From: Candidatus Moraniibacteriota bacterium
GTDB taxonomy: Bacteria; Patescibacteriota; Minisyncoccia; Moranbacterales; UBA1568
NCBI GenBank assembly: GCA_028711705.1
Contig: JAQTRS010000002.1
Location: 73,617 to 137,616 of the forward strand
Direction of reading: 5' to 3'
DNA: 64,000 nucleotides
Shown here in pieces: positions 38,738 through 48,438 of this stretch. Below the pieces are notes generated by a model that ran no database searches, had not been told where the DNA came from, and worked only from the letters and a program-made list of their open reading frames with translations. The position numbers and the translations under genes were made by a program. How positions within the stretch are numbered: position 1 is the stretch's first letter; the number at the start of each line of letters is the position of its first letter.

Positions 38738-39661
38738 TTAAGCATTCAGGAATTTTTTCATGAAAATATCGTAGCGGAACTGTCGAAGCTTGGGCCATTT
38801 GTGCATACGGACCAGCAACCACACTGCGCGGCAAAATTCAAACTCATGGGTATATTGCGATACGGGGGGCAGTCCCGCCTCAGCAAAGACACTATCTATC
38901 ACCTCCAAGTACCGCTGTTTTTGTTTGTCTGTAAACTGATAGCCGGTAATGAATTCATAGCCCGGCACGGAAGGAAAATAGTCAACGGTCACCAGCGCGC
39001 TTATCAAGTCATACCCGATAGGACCGGATGAGGCGACTTCCAGATCGATGATGCCACCGGTATGGATATTGTGCGGATTGCAATCTCCATGAGTGAGGCA
39101 AAATGGGAACAGTGCCAATTTTTTCATCGCTTCGATATAATACTTCTGGATACGCGGCGCAAGATCAGGAAATTCATCTAGCAACATCGGCATATGGATA
39201 CTGTCCGCGAAACGGTCCTCATCTCTTTGCTCGCCGCATGTCGAAACTTGCGCCCGAGCGAAACGTTTCATGATAGCAAGAAAATCTTCAAACCTCTCAT
39301 CGCTTATACGTCCATACTTCTTCACATCCCGTGCAAACAATTCCCCATAATGCTCCGCTCCGAGGGAGGTCTCGATAAAATATAATTGCCCTTCATACTC
39401 CCCTTCCTTAAGCAAACGCGCCACAGGAAATGAAAGTTCTTCCATCCGCTTATGGATAGCTAATTCCTGAATGATTCTCCCCTTCTCTCCCAAACGCAAA
39501 AATGTATCCGCTCCCTTGTAGATTGCCGATTCATTATCCCGCTGTATCTTTACCAACACAAAGTTTTCACCGTTGATTGCTATAGAAGGCTTCATAGACC
39601 GTATACTCAATAGTACTTTGAGTATGATGCAATCCGCTGTGCCTGTCAAAATGAAAACCAC
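38738..39661 (-). CDS. aminoglycoside/choline-kinase-like phosphotransferase (APH family)
   Basis: HGDCNPHNI is a Brenner motif and IIDLE is DFG-like. The start may be MKPSIAING at 39595. Confidence 0.55.
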   Translation of the reverse strand: MVFILTGTADCIILKVLLSIRSMKPSIAINGENFVLVKIQRDNESAIYKGADTFLRLGEKGRIIQELAIHKRMEELSFPVARLLKEGEYEGQLYFIETSLGAEHYGELFARDVKKYGRISDERFEDFLAIMKRFARAQVSTCGEQRDEDRFADSIHMPMLLDEFPDLAPRIQKYYIEAMKKLALFPFCLTHGDCNPHNIHTGGIIDLEVASSGPIGYDLISALVTVDYFPSVPGYEFITGYQFTDKQKQRYLEVIDSVFAEAGLPPVSQYTHEFEFCRAVWLLVRMHKWPKLRQFRYDIFMKKFLNA

Positions 39662-39742
39662 AAATACACTCCTGCCGATAAAATACCTCGGAAATCAAAA
39701 GCATGCTACAATAAACCGGCAAACACGCTACTATTCAGACTT

Positions 39743-40210
39743 ATGATAAAAATCTACTATAAAGATTCTGGGGCGCCAAAACCCAATCAACCAATAATCC
39801 CCTCTGTGCATGGCGTCATTATAAACGATTCCGATGAGATTCTTCTTCATAAAAGAGAAGACAGCCCTATTTGGGCAATTCCTGGAGGAAAAATTGAAAT
39901 CAACGAGTCGATTGAACAATGCCTCAAGCGTGAAATGCAAGAGGAGCTTGGTGTCGAAGTCTCCGCAAAACGCTTGCTGGGAGTCTATACTGATCCATCC
40001 TATATTCTCGCCTTGGGTGATAATATACAGAGAGTCTTCCTTATAGTGTTCCTTTGCACCATTACAAGTGGGAATCTTAAACTTACAAATGAAACTATGG
40101 AATATCGCTGGTTTACAAAAAAAGATTTGTCTTCCATTGAAACTTTTCCGCTTGTCAAAGAAATAGCAAATCAAATTTTTGATGACACAAAAACCGTTTT
40201 TTTCGATTAA
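39743..40210 (+). CDS. NUDIX hydrolase
   Basis: The Nudix box is GGKIEINESIEQCLKREMQEELGV. Confidence 0.7.
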   Translation: MIKIYYKDSGAPKPNQPIIPSVHGVIINDSDEILLHKREDSPIWAIPGGKIEINESIEQCLKREMQEELGVEVSAKRLLGVYTDPSYILALGDNIQRVFLIVFLCTITSGNLKLTNETMEYRWFTKKDLSSIETFPLVKEIANQIFDDTKTVFFD

Positions 40211-40515
40211 AAAGAGGCATGTATTTTTCAATACACACCTCATCAGACTCCTTACAAATCGTTGTTTGCTATTAATATTGGATATTAGATCCCGCCTTTT
40301 CATCCCTACTCCATGTAAGAACACTCAAATATACCATATTCAAAGGATTTTGCAAATCTAAGTCTTAAAAAACATAGGATACGTCCTATATAGACTTATT
40401 TTTTATAAACGTGGACTATATCCGACACAATTGAAACCAATTGATCGAAGAATTGCAAACTTAGCATGAACTAGAGATAGACATCAAACAACATCAACTA
40501 ACCTGAAATCAAATT

Positions 40516-41031
40516 TTAAATCTTCTTTTTTGCGATAATATGAAGCTCGAAAAAAGTATGAGGACCAAGCTTTCTATGCATACCCTCATACGAAAAAGCT
40601 TTCTGCTTGACGATTTCTAAATCCCCTATCGCCTGTACGATTTCTTCAAGCGTATACTTGGTCGGCACATTAAGGGTTTCTTCGGGAGTAAACGAAAAAA
40701 CTTCCAAAACTCCGCCAGGATTCAGCGCTTTGCATAATGCGGGGAGAAATTCTTGAAGTGCGTACTCTTTCGGTAAAAATTGGATACTGTGATGTGCGAC
40801 AATGATGTCATATTTTTTAACAGGCTTCCAATTTTTAAGGTCAGCGGAGATATATGAAACGGTAGGGATGCTCTGAAGCGGTCCGGGTGTCTCGGTTTCG
40901 ATGTCTACAGCGTCCACCCGTAAACCGCGTGCGGCCGCATACAAAGGAATAAATCCTTGTCCGCAACCGAGATCAAGAAAAGTCTTGGCGGTTGGGTGTA
41001 TTTCAAAAAGACTCGGATATGAATACTTCAT
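40516..41031 (-). CDS. class I SAM-dependent methyltransferase
   Basis: LDLGCGQG is motif I, DIIVAHHSIQFL follows, and PGGVLEV is a post-II motif. The ORF is open to 41067. Confidence 0.6.
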   Translation of the reverse strand: MKYSYPSLFEIHPTAKTFLDLGCGQGFIPLYAAARGLRVDAVDIETETPGPLQSIPTVSYISADLKNWKPVKKYDIIVAHHSIQFLPKEYALQEFLPALCKALNPGGVLEVFSFTPEETLNVPTKYTLEEIVQAIGDLEIVKQKAFSYEGMHRKLGPHTFFELHIIAKKKI

Positions 41032-41225
41032 ACGGAATAGTGAAATTAATATGGGCAAGAAAACCACGAGCGACCGTGGTTATTATATCGTTGTGGTCAG
41101 GGATATTTTCTCGCCGTCGCTCAAAAATTCCACGACCCTGGCTCGCGGTTTCATTTACTAATAAAACATCGCTCCGCCCTCCACAAACTAAAAATCGCAA
41201 GCAGTTGCGGTTTTCTTGACGTTTG

Positions 41226-41298
41226 TGGACCCTATCGGAGTCGAACCGATGACCTCCGCATTGCAAATGCGGCGCTCTACCAACTAAGCTAAGGGCCC
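41226..41298 (-). tRNA. tRNA-Ala (TGC)
   Basis: The reverse complement is GGGCCCTTAGCTTAGTTGGTAGAGCGCCGCATTTGCAATGCGGAGGTCATCGGTTCGACTCCGATAGGGTCCA. The G3:U70 Ala identity pair is present and the anticodon loop is tTTGCaa. Confidence 0.85.
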
Positions 41299-41478
41299 TC
41301 ATAGTGTCGGCGCTTTTTCAGCACTTTTTACAGTGTAAAGGAAAATGCGATTCTTGTCCACCCCTTTTGATACGCATGCCCAAACATTCGCGATTTTACT
41401 TGATTTATGGCGTAATTTTGGTATACTGAAGGCAGCGTAATTTCTCGCCTATCACCTTAAACGCGCCCGAACATACCT

Positions 41479-42948
41479 ATGAAACAGCTCCCTCGCCGCC
41501 TCATTTTCATCCTTTTTGTGTGCTCGTTCTTTTCGACTGCAAGTTTCATCACCTTCTACACCCTCGGCTACCGCTACAATACCGAAAGGGGTATTTTCAT
41601 CTACACCGGATCCATCACCGTTCAGTCCAATCCGGCTATCGTCAATATCTCCGTGGACAATGAACCGAGCAAAGCGAATATCAATCAGCTCAACGGATCC
41701 TATCACCTCGCAGGACTTCAGCCCGGAGAACACTTCATCGAGGTAAGCGCCGACGGCTATACTACCTGGTCCAAGAAATTCATCGTCAATAGCGGCATCT
41801 CCACGGAATTTTGGAATGTCATGCTCACCAAGACCGCGTACGCCGAAACCACCTATCCGACCGAACCGATCAATAAGGTCTTCCCGTCACCGACCAGCAC
41901 CTTGCTCGCCTACGTTTCTACCACCGATGGCGGGTTTTCGGTCAATACCTTCGACACCGAAGCCAATGAGACGGTTTCCATCTTCGATACCCAAGACTAC
42001 GCCTTCGACCGCGATGACAAGGAAAACATCGAGTGGTCCATCGACTCCGACTACGTGAGCATTCCCGTCACAAAAAACGACCAGAAAAACTATTTCATCG
42101 TCAACAACGACACCAAGGAGGTCATCAATCTCCACGATATCGCTCAAATAGAGGATATTCACGGCGTCCGATGGGATTCGTCGCGCAATAAATTCGTGCT
42201 CGCCCTCTCCGGAAAAACGCTTTATGAAGTGAATATCGACAGCCCGGAGGACAAGAAGGTACTCGCGGAGAATGTCCAAAGCTATGATATTTCCGGCAAC
42301 GATATCTATATTTTCGAGCCCGCCCCGAGCCACATCGTCTACAAAACCTCGATCAACAATCTCGAAACGCGCATTCCTGTCACCACCCTCCCGGAATTTT
42401 ATGCCGATGATGACCGCTATTCCATCATAGCCTATGACCAGAACCGCCTTATCCTCATCAACTATTTCACCGGCAAGCTTTTCGGGTATAACAAAAACGA
42501 CGCTTCCATCCGCACCTTCTCGGTCGATGCCGACGCGAAAGGCGCGCAATTCTCCGATGACGGCAAGAAAGTTCTCTATTGGACGGATCGCGAGATGTTT
42601 GTGTACTTCAACCGCGACTGGGAGACCCAACCGGTGCGCCTTGCCGATACATCCATCACGCTCGGACGATTCTCTCAAGGCATCAACAATATCCACTGGG
42701 CCAAGGACTATGAGCACGCCACCTTCTCGGTCGGCAATAGCGTCAAACTCATCGAACTGGATAATCGCGGGGAAAAGAGCATTATGGATGTCATCACGCT
42801 TCCCTACCCGCCGCTCCAGATTCTCAGCAACTTCGACCAGAATATGCTCTTCTACACCCTTACGGAAGGATCCCTCCAAAACCAAGGCCTACGGTCTATC
42901 AATTTCCCCGAGGAAGTCGCCGGACTCTTCACTCCCAACCGGCAGTAG
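41479..42948 (+). CDS. membrane-anchored PEGA-domain protein with C-terminal beta-propeller-like region
   Basis: An N-terminal TM, then a PEGA-like segment (ITVQSNPAIVNISVDNE...LQPGEHFIEVSADGYTTWSKKFIV), then ~350 aa rich in beta-strand repeats. Confidence 0.45.
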   Translation: MKQLPRRLIFILFVCSFFSTASFITFYTLGYRYNTERGIFIYTGSITVQSNPAIVNISVDNEPSKANINQLNGSYHLAGLQPGEHFIEVSADGYTTWSKKFIVNSGISTEFWNVMLTKTAYAETTYPTEPINKVFPSPTSTLLAYVSTTDGGFSVNTFDTEANETVSIFDTQDYAFDRDDKENIEWSIDSDYVSIPVTKNDQKNYFIVNNDTKEVINLHDIAQIEDIHGVRWDSSRNKFVLALSGKTLYEVNIDSPEDKKVLAENVQSYDISGNDIYIFEPAPSHIVYKTSINNLETRIPVTTLPEFYADDDRYSIIAYDQNRLILINYFTGKLFGYNKNDASIRTFSVDADAKGAQFSDDGKKVLYWTDREMFVYFNRDWETQPVRLADTSITLGRFSQGINNIHWAKDYEHATFSVGNSVKLIELDNRGEKSIMDVITLPYPPLQILSNFDQNMLFYTLTEGSLQNQGLRSINFPEEVAGLFTPNRQ

Positions 42949-42970
42949 TGAACACGGAAAATATGCAGAC

Positions 42971-43003
42971 AAAAAAAACTCCGCCCTGAGGGCGGAGTTT
43001 TGA
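42971..43003. terminator. bidirectional rho-independent terminator
   Basis: AAAAAAAACTCCGCCC-TGAG-GGCGGAGTTTT sits between convergent genes (41479..42948 on + and rpsI on -). Confidence 0.6.
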
Positions 43004-43023
43004 AGTATGTACAAGTATGATCC

Positions 43024-43476
43024 TTAACGCTTGCTCCACTGTGGAGAACGGCGAGCTTTCTTGAGGCCCGGCTTCTTTCGTTCCACCTCGCGGGAGTCGC
43101 GAACCAGAAGTCCGTTCGCCTTGAGCAGCGCGCGGTTGGCAGCGTCCAATTTGACGAAAGCACGAGCGATAGCCAAACGAGCGGCATCGGCCTGACCATG
43201 AACACCGCCGCCACGGACGAGCAATGTCACGCGGTATCCCATAGCTCCCAAGACGCGAAACGGCGCCATGAAGATATTCTGCAGCTGAGTCGTCGGGAAA
43301 TATTCGCTTCCTGCACGTTCGTTCACCACTACGCCCGGCTCGGCAGCCTTTTCATCAACGAAGAGGCGCACCTGCGCTGTAGCGGTCTTGCGGCGCCCGA
43401 CGGCATAGAAGTACTCTTCGGCAGGAGCCTTCTTCTTCGGGGCGGTCTTTACTTGAGCTTGTTTCGTCGTTGCCAT
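43024..43476 (-). CDS. rpsI: 30S ribosomal protein S9 (N-terminally extended)
   Basis: Carries YAVGRRKTATAQVRL, GGG.HGQADAARLAIARA and SREVERKKPGLKKARR.PQWSKR. Confidence 0.9.
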   Translation of the reverse strand: MATTKQAQVKTAPKKKAPAEEYFYAVGRRKTATAQVRLFVDEKAAEPGVVVNERAGSEYFPTTQLQNIFMAPFRVLGAMGYRVTLLVRGGGVHGQADAARLAIARAFVKLDAANRALLKANGLLVRDSREVERKKPGLKKARRSPQWSKR

Positions 43477-43500
43477 ACTTGAAAAAATTACCTTTGAAAA

Positions 43501-43914
43501 TTAAACAGTTCCTTCTGTCACATGGATGTTGTGCGGTTGCTCGGCGGTCTTATACAAAAGAAGCCGGGTAGTCATGCGATCTCGCAGCTTATTCTTCGGA
43601 AGCATCCCATAGACCGCGCTGTAGAGAACCTTTCGGGAATCCTTCTTCATCTGATCGCGGAATGTGATCGATGTGATTCCTCCCGGGTAGCCGCTGAATC
43701 GGTGATACACCTTTCCATCCTGCTTACTTCCCGTCACAATGAGCTCATCCGTGTTGATAACCACTACGAAATCCCCGCCATCTATATGTGGAGCAAAATC
43801 AACCTTCCCTCGTCCGCTCAAAACACGCGTAATTTCAGTCGCCAAACGACCGAGCACTTTGCCTCGTGCATCAAAAAGGTAGTATCTGCGATTGATCGAT
43901 TTCTTTGTTGTCAT
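43501..43914 (-). CDS. rplM: 50S ribosomal protein L13
   Basis: Carries YLFDARGKVLGRLATEIT and DFVVVIN. Confidence 0.9.
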   Translation of the reverse strand: MTTKKSINRRYYLFDARGKVLGRLATEITRVLSGRGKVDFAPHIDGGDFVVVINTDELIVTGSKQDGKVYHRFSGYPGGITSITFRDQMKKDSRKVLYSAVYGMLPKNKLRDRMTTRLLLYKTAEQPHNIHVTEGTV

Positions 43915-43938
43915 AACTTAGGTTCTTATACTCACGTT

Positions 43939-44304
43939 TTATACGAATTCAATGATGGCCATCCGAGCTCCGTCGGTCTTGCGTGGTTCAAGCTTGACGA
44001 CACGGACGTATCCGCTCTGTCTGGTCTCGAATCGCTGAGAGAAATCGCTGAGCATCTTCTTGGCGGCCATAGCAGGCAGATCCTGATTGAGTCCTCGGAG
44101 CAGGGCGACCTTTCGATCGACGTCGCTGCGAGCTTCCTTGGCCTTGTTAACAACCTGATCGATGAAGTTCTTGATCTCCTTAGCCTTGGCTTCGGTGGTC
44201 GTAATCCTCTCATGCATCACCAAGCTTCCCAAAAGAGTCTTGATAAGAGCCTTCCTTTGGTTTCGTTCCCTGCCAAGAGTTCGTCCTGCTACTCTGTGTT
44301 TCAT
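43939..44304 (-). CDS. rplQ: 50S ribosomal protein L17
   Basis: Carries MKHRVAGRTLGR...LIKTLLGSLVMHERITTT.AKAKE and GYVRVVKLEPRKTDGARMAIIEFV. Confidence 0.9.
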   Translation of the reverse strand: MKHRVAGRTLGRERNQRKALIKTLLGSLVMHERITTTEAKAKEIKNFIDQVVNKAKEARSDVDRKVALLRGLNQDLPAMAAKKMLSDFSQRFETRQSGYVRVVKLEPRKTDGARMAIIEFV

Positions 44305-44359
44305 ATGCGTATACAATATCAGCCACCAAGAGTCTTCTTTCTCGATCGCCTTTCTTACT

Positions 44360-45292
44360 TTACTTAAGACTTAATCCCTTCGCTTCAAGCGCTTTTTTGA
44401 TATCCTTGATCGCCTTGGCGGTAATGCCGGTCATCGATGCAAGGGTTTCTTCTGTCTGCTTCGCCAAATCATGGGCAGTCTTAATATCATTCTCTTCCAA
44501 AACCTTCACCACCTTCGCAGAAATGCCCGTAAGGCCGGCTACCAAAACGATAGAGGCAGCCTCGCTGTCGATGTCATGCGCCGCTTCGGTGTCGATCGCT
44601 TCCGGAGCCTCCACTCCCAATAATGCGGAGTACTGCTCCACCAGGATCGTCGTCGCCTTGGTAAATGCCTCTTCCGGAGAAACGCTACCGTCGGTCACGA
44701 TTTCAAGAGTTACCTTGTCGAAGTCAGTCCGCTTTCCGACACGCATATTCTCCACATCGTAGTTCACGCGACGGATAGGGGTGTAGATCGCGTCGATAGC
44801 GATTACGCCGATTTCCTTGGACTCGCGCTCCTGCTGCTCGACGGGAATATATCCGACTCCCTTATCGACTTCGATTTCCATAGTGAGTTCGGTTTTCTTG
44901 TCGGTGATGGTCGCGATAAGCTGATCCAGGTTGACCACTTCGATATCCGAAGTCGTCTTGAAGGACTTCGCGGTCACTTCTCCCTCGCCCTTGGCGTGCA
45001 AAGTGAGTTTGATAGCGTCGTCACCCTGCATGCGAAAACGGAGCTTCTTGAGATTGAGGATAATCTGAACCACGTCTTCCATCACCCCTGGAAGCGTAGA
45101 AAATTCGTGCGTCACACCCTCGATTTTGACGGATCTGATAGCAGATCCTTCCAGCGAGGAAAGCAAAACACGTCGCAAGGCATTGCCTAAGGTAGGGCCG
45201 TATCCAGGGTAGCAACCGTGGATTTCAAACGTACCATGGCTTTCGCTGATGGCAGTATACTTTGGCTTGTGAGGGAGTGATATTCTCTGCAT
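44360..45292 (-). CDS. rpoA: DNA-directed RNA polymerase subunit alpha
   Basis: The N-terminal domain carries GCYPGYGPTLGNALRRVLLSSLEGSAI. The C-terminal domain carries the HhH motif KTAHDLAKQTEETL. Confidence 0.9.
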   Translation of the reverse strand: MQRISLPHKPKYTAISESHGTFEIHGCYPGYGPTLGNALRRVLLSSLEGSAIRSVKIEGVTHEFSTLPGVMEDVVQIILNLKKLRFRMQGDDAIKLTLHAKGEGEVTAKSFKTTSDIEVVNLDQLIATITDKKTELTMEIEVDKGVGYIPVEQQERESKEIGVIAIDAIYTPIRRVNYDVENMRVGKRTDFDKVTLEIVTDGSVSPEEAFTKATTILVEQYSALLGVEAPEAIDTEAAHDIDSEAASIVLVAGLTGISAKVVKVLEENDIKTAHDLAKQTEETLASMTGITAKAIKDIKKALEAKGLSLK

Positions 45293-45364
45293 AACCTTGT
45301 CACTAATTTAATAATAGTTACCCTTGGATTCTCTACGAAAAGTTTAAAGACGAAAGTTTGGGCT

Positions 45365-45994
45365 TTACTTCGAGTAGTATTCGACCACGATCTGCGGATC
45401 GACACTGATTCCGATACTGTCGCGAGTCGGCAAAGCGATCACCCTACCCTCAAGTTTCGCGGCGTCCAAATCGAGCCATGTCGGAACATCTTTCTTGTTT
45501 TTCAACATTTCCACTTGATTTTTGATATACGTCTTATCTTTCTTGAGGTCACGGATAGCGACCACATCACCGATCTTCACTTTCGCGGAAGGAACATTGA
45601 GCATCACGCCGTTGACGGAAAACATCTTATGACTCACCAACTGCCTCGCCAAAGCGCGGGAAGGCGCGAATCCTAAGCGATACACCACATTGTCAAGGCG
45701 CATCTCGAGGCGGACCAAGAGCAAATCACCCGTAATACCGGCTTTGTTCTGAATTTCCTCGAAGTGTTTGCGGAACTGACGCTCCATGACACCGTAAATA
45801 CGCTTGATCTTCTGCTTCATAGCCAACTGCTTGCCATACTCGCTCAAAGAACGAGAAATGCTCTTGCCATGCGCTCCCGGAGCATACGGCTTGCGAACTA
45901 TAGCGCATTTCGGCCCAAGGCAACGATCACCCTTCAAAAAAAGCTTCTCTCCTGCCCGCCTGCACAATTTACATTTATCCTGAATTCTTGCCAT
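45365..45994 (-). CDS. rpsD: 30S ribosomal protein S4 (zinc-ribbon type)
   Basis: Begins MARIQDKCKLCRRAGEKLFLKGDRCLGPKCA and contains an S4 domain. Confidence 0.9.
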   Translation of the reverse strand: MARIQDKCKLCRRAGEKLFLKGDRCLGPKCAIVRKPYAPGAHGKSISRSLSEYGKQLAMKQKIKRIYGVMERQFRKHFEEIQNKAGITGDLLLVRLEMRLDNVVYRLGFAPSRALARQLVSHKMFSVNGVMLNVPSAKVKIGDVVAIRDLKKDKTYIKNQVEMLKNKKDVPTWLDLDAAKLEGRVIALPTRDSIGISVDPQIVVEYYSK

Positions 45995-46036
45995 AGATAT
46001 TGAAAAACGAAATAATCACTCTGTTTAAAACTTTCC

Positions 46037-46507
46037 TTAGACGCGACGCGGCTTGCGTGGACGGCAACCGTTATGAGGTACCGGTGTAATATCTTTGATA
46101 GTGAGGATATTGAAACCATTGTTGGCCAAAGCGCGGATAGCCGCTTCACGTCCGCTTCCCACACCCTTCACAAACACTTCAAGCTCTTGCAGTCCATATT
46201 TCTTCACCTTTTCAGAAACTTCGGCCACCACCTGCGTCGAGGCATAAGGGGTCGATTTCTTCGCGCCCTTGAATCCGAGGTGTCCGGAGCTTGACCAAGC
46301 CAAAACAGCTCCATTGATATCGCAGAGCGATACGATGGTATTGTTATAGGTGCACTGGATGCTGGCGCGTCCCTTCAGAATCTGATTCTTGATCTTCTTC
46401 TTTTTCTTCGCAGGAGCCTCCGCAGCGTCAGTTTTTGGTGCCATGGCGGAGTCGGAAGACTCGCTCGCAACCATATTGTCTTGTGTTCGTTCTTCGGTCA
46501 TAAACAA
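46037..46507 (-). CDS. rpsK: 30S ribosomal protein S11 (N-terminally extended)
   Basis: Carries GRASIQCTYNNTIVSLCDINGAVLAWSSSGHLGFKGAKKSTPYA and GVGSGREAAIRAL. Confidence 0.9.
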   Translation of the reverse strand: MFMTEERTQDNMVASESSDSAMAPKTDAAEAPAKKKKKIKNQILKGRASIQCTYNNTIVSLCDINGAVLAWSSSGHLGFKGAKKSTPYASTQVVAEVSEKVKKYGLQELEVFVKGVGSGREAAIRALANNGFNILTIKDITPVPHNGCRPRKPRRV

Positions 46508-46543
46508 AGGTGGTTTATCAATCTTAATAAAATGAAGGGGGTC

Positions 46544-46930
46544 TTAGGTCTTTTCAGCCGATCGTCTTCCGCTTCCCATCGTCTTTCGCACATTACCCCG
46601 TACGGTGCGGGTATTGGTCTTGGTTCGCTGTCCGCGGACCGGGAGGCCTTTCTGATGTCTTGAACCGCGATAGCAGCCGATTTCCTTCAGGCGTTTGATG
46701 TTCATTTTGACAGAGTGTCGGAGCTCTCCCTCGACACGAACGCTTTTCTCGATCTCTTCACGCAATTTGTTGGCATCCGCATCACTCAAATCTTTCGTAC
46801 GGATATTCGGGTCGACACCGACCTCGGCGAGGATTTTTTTGCTTATCGAAAGACCGACACCGAAAATATACGTGAGGGCGATTTCGATTCTCTTATTATC
46901 TGGAATGTTAACTCCTGCTATTCTTACCAT
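46544..46930 (-). CDS. rpsM: 30S ribosomal protein S13
   Basis: Begins [26 protein letters not shown]. Confidence 0.9.
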   Translation of the reverse strand: MVRIAGVNIPDNKRIEIALTYIFGVGLSISKKILAEVGVDPNIRTKDLSDADANKLREEIEKSVRVEGELRHSVKMNIKRLKEIGCYRGSRHQKGLPVRGQRTKTNTRTVRGNVRKTMGSGRRSAEKT

Positions 46931-46995
46931 ACGTGAGGTTCTCAATGTTCATGAATTAAATACGGGATACCGCGGAGGCTCAAACGAATCTTGAT

Positions 46996-47112
46996 TTATC
47001 CCTGACGCTGCTTGTGCTTCGGATTGGTCAGGCAGATAACATACAGACTCCCTCGTCGCTTTACCACCTTGCACTTCGCACATATTTTTTTGACAGACGC
47101 TCGTACCTTCAT
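46996..47112 (-). CDS. rpmJ: 50S ribosomal protein L36
   Basis: A hand-translated 38-aa ORF that is missing from the ORF track. It reads [38 protein letters not shown]. Confidence 0.85.
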   Translation of the reverse strand: MKVRASVKKICAKCKVVKRRGSLYVICLTNPKHKQRQG

Positions 47113-47151
47113 AACTTCAAAATTATCAATAACTTTATAAGGAAACTTCCT

Positions 47152-47379
47152 TTATTTCATCCGCTGCACGATCCGTCCTTTCGTCAAATCGTAGGGACTC
47201 ATCTCCAAAACAACCCTATCACCCGGCAAAAGCCGGATGTAATTCACTCGCATTCTCCCAGAGATATGCGCCAAGACATCATGTCCATTATCCAGTTTTA
47301 CACGGAATGTCGTACTTGGCAAGGTCTCGATGACCTCTCCCTCCATTCGGATAACCTCCTTCTCGTTCCCTTTTGCCAT
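47152..47379 (-). CDS. infA: translation initiation factor IF-1
   Basis: Carries [21 protein letters not shown]...F.V.L.NGH..LAHISG.MR..YIR.L.GD.V..E.SPYDL.KGRI. Confidence 0.9.
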   Translation of the reverse strand: MAKGNEKEVIRMEGEVIETLPSTTFRVKLDNGHDVLAHISGRMRVNYIRLLPGDRVVLEMSPYDLTKGRIVQRMK

Positions 47380-47608
47380 AGTATGTCGATATTCCTTCTA
47401 TACGCATAAGGGCAAACACCCCGTAAAAAACAAAAAACAGAGGACAGGTACTTAGGAATTCCCGTATGGAAGCCACACAAGAAAATACCTCTATTTGAAG
47501 CTCTTTATGCAATTTTTTATTAGTGTACTTTGTATTGTAGCAAAGATTAAACTTTTGTCAAATGTTTGGGGCATATCGACCCTTTGAATTGCCTGGAAAT
47601 AATCGCTC

Positions 47609-48340
47609 CTACTTCCCGAAGCGGCGGCCGCGGTTCTGATAGTCCTCGATGGCGAGGATGAATTCCTTCTCATCGAAGTCCGGGTAGCGCTTGTCTGAAA
47701 AATAGAGCTGGGAATTGGCGATGTCCCACATCATGAATCCGGCGCTCAAATGGGGCTCCCCGCCCGTCCGGATGAGCAGATCCACCGGAGGAAGCTCATG
47801 CGTCATCAGATTTCGCTTGATAACGGAGGTGTCGATAGCATCCGGTTCGCCGCCATACTGAGCTGCGATCTTACGGATAGCCAGCATCATCTCGTCGTCC
47901 CCGCTATAGGCCAGGAAGAAATTAAGGAAATACTGATCGTAATCCTTGGTGCTTTCGATACATCGGTACAGGATCTTCTTGAGCGGTGACGGGAATTGCT
48001 CTTCCCAGTGTCCGATGAAGTTGATACGTGCCCTGTCCTGATGGATGTCCGGACTGTCGCAGAGTTTTGAAAAATACGTCGTATAGATCTTGATCAGAGC
48101 CTGGGTTTCCGGGAGTGGACGCTTTTCAAGATTCTCCACCGATGAACCCCAGATGGAGACGTGGCGAATACCCATGGCACGCGCCTGACGGACCAATCTT
48201 TCCGTGTTCTGAGCGCCGGCCTCATGACCCTCCCATGGTTTCAATCCCCGATCGGTCGCCCACCGGCGATTGCCATCGGGAATGATGACAACATGCTTCG
48301 GGAGTGGTTTTTGTTCGCTTAACTGTTCCGCCATGATCAT
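47609..48340 (-). CDS. uppS: isoprenyl transferase (undecaprenyl diphosphate synthase family)
   Basis: Carries PKHVVIIPDGNRRWA and IRHVSIWGSSVENLEKRP. Confidence 0.85.
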   Translation of the reverse strand: MIMAEQLSEQKPLPKHVVIIPDGNRRWATDRGLKPWEGHEAGAQNTERLVRQARAMGIRHVSIWGSSVENLEKRPLPETQALIKIYTTYFSKLCDSPDIHQDRARINFIGHWEEQFPSPLKKILYRCIESTKDYDQYFLNFFLAYSGDDEMMLAIRKIAAQYGGEPDAIDTSVIKRNLMTHELPPVDLLIRTGGEPHLSAGFMMWDIANSQLYFSDKRYPDFDEKEFILAIEDYQNRGRRFGK

Positions 48341-48438
48341 TTCTTACTACTTAGATACGTTCATATATTGATTCACCTTACCGTGCTTTGCCCCTCCGGT
48401 CAAGACACATAAAAAAACAGCCTTTCGTATCAGGACAA

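Noticed and set aside
39731-40324. 197-aa minus-strand ORF overlapping the NUDIX gene
   Set aside because: The NUDIX gene on the plus strand has a canonical Nudix box. The antisense ORF is AT-rich low-complexity sequence (Phe/Ile/Lys-rich) with no motif.
41887-42885. 332-aa minus-strand ORF antisense to the PEGA/propeller gene
   Set aside because: It is fully embedded in the plus-strand 489-aa ORF, which has a signal-anchor, a PEGA motif, an RBS context and a downstream terminator. The antisense frame is Asp/Gly/Val-rich repeat noise.
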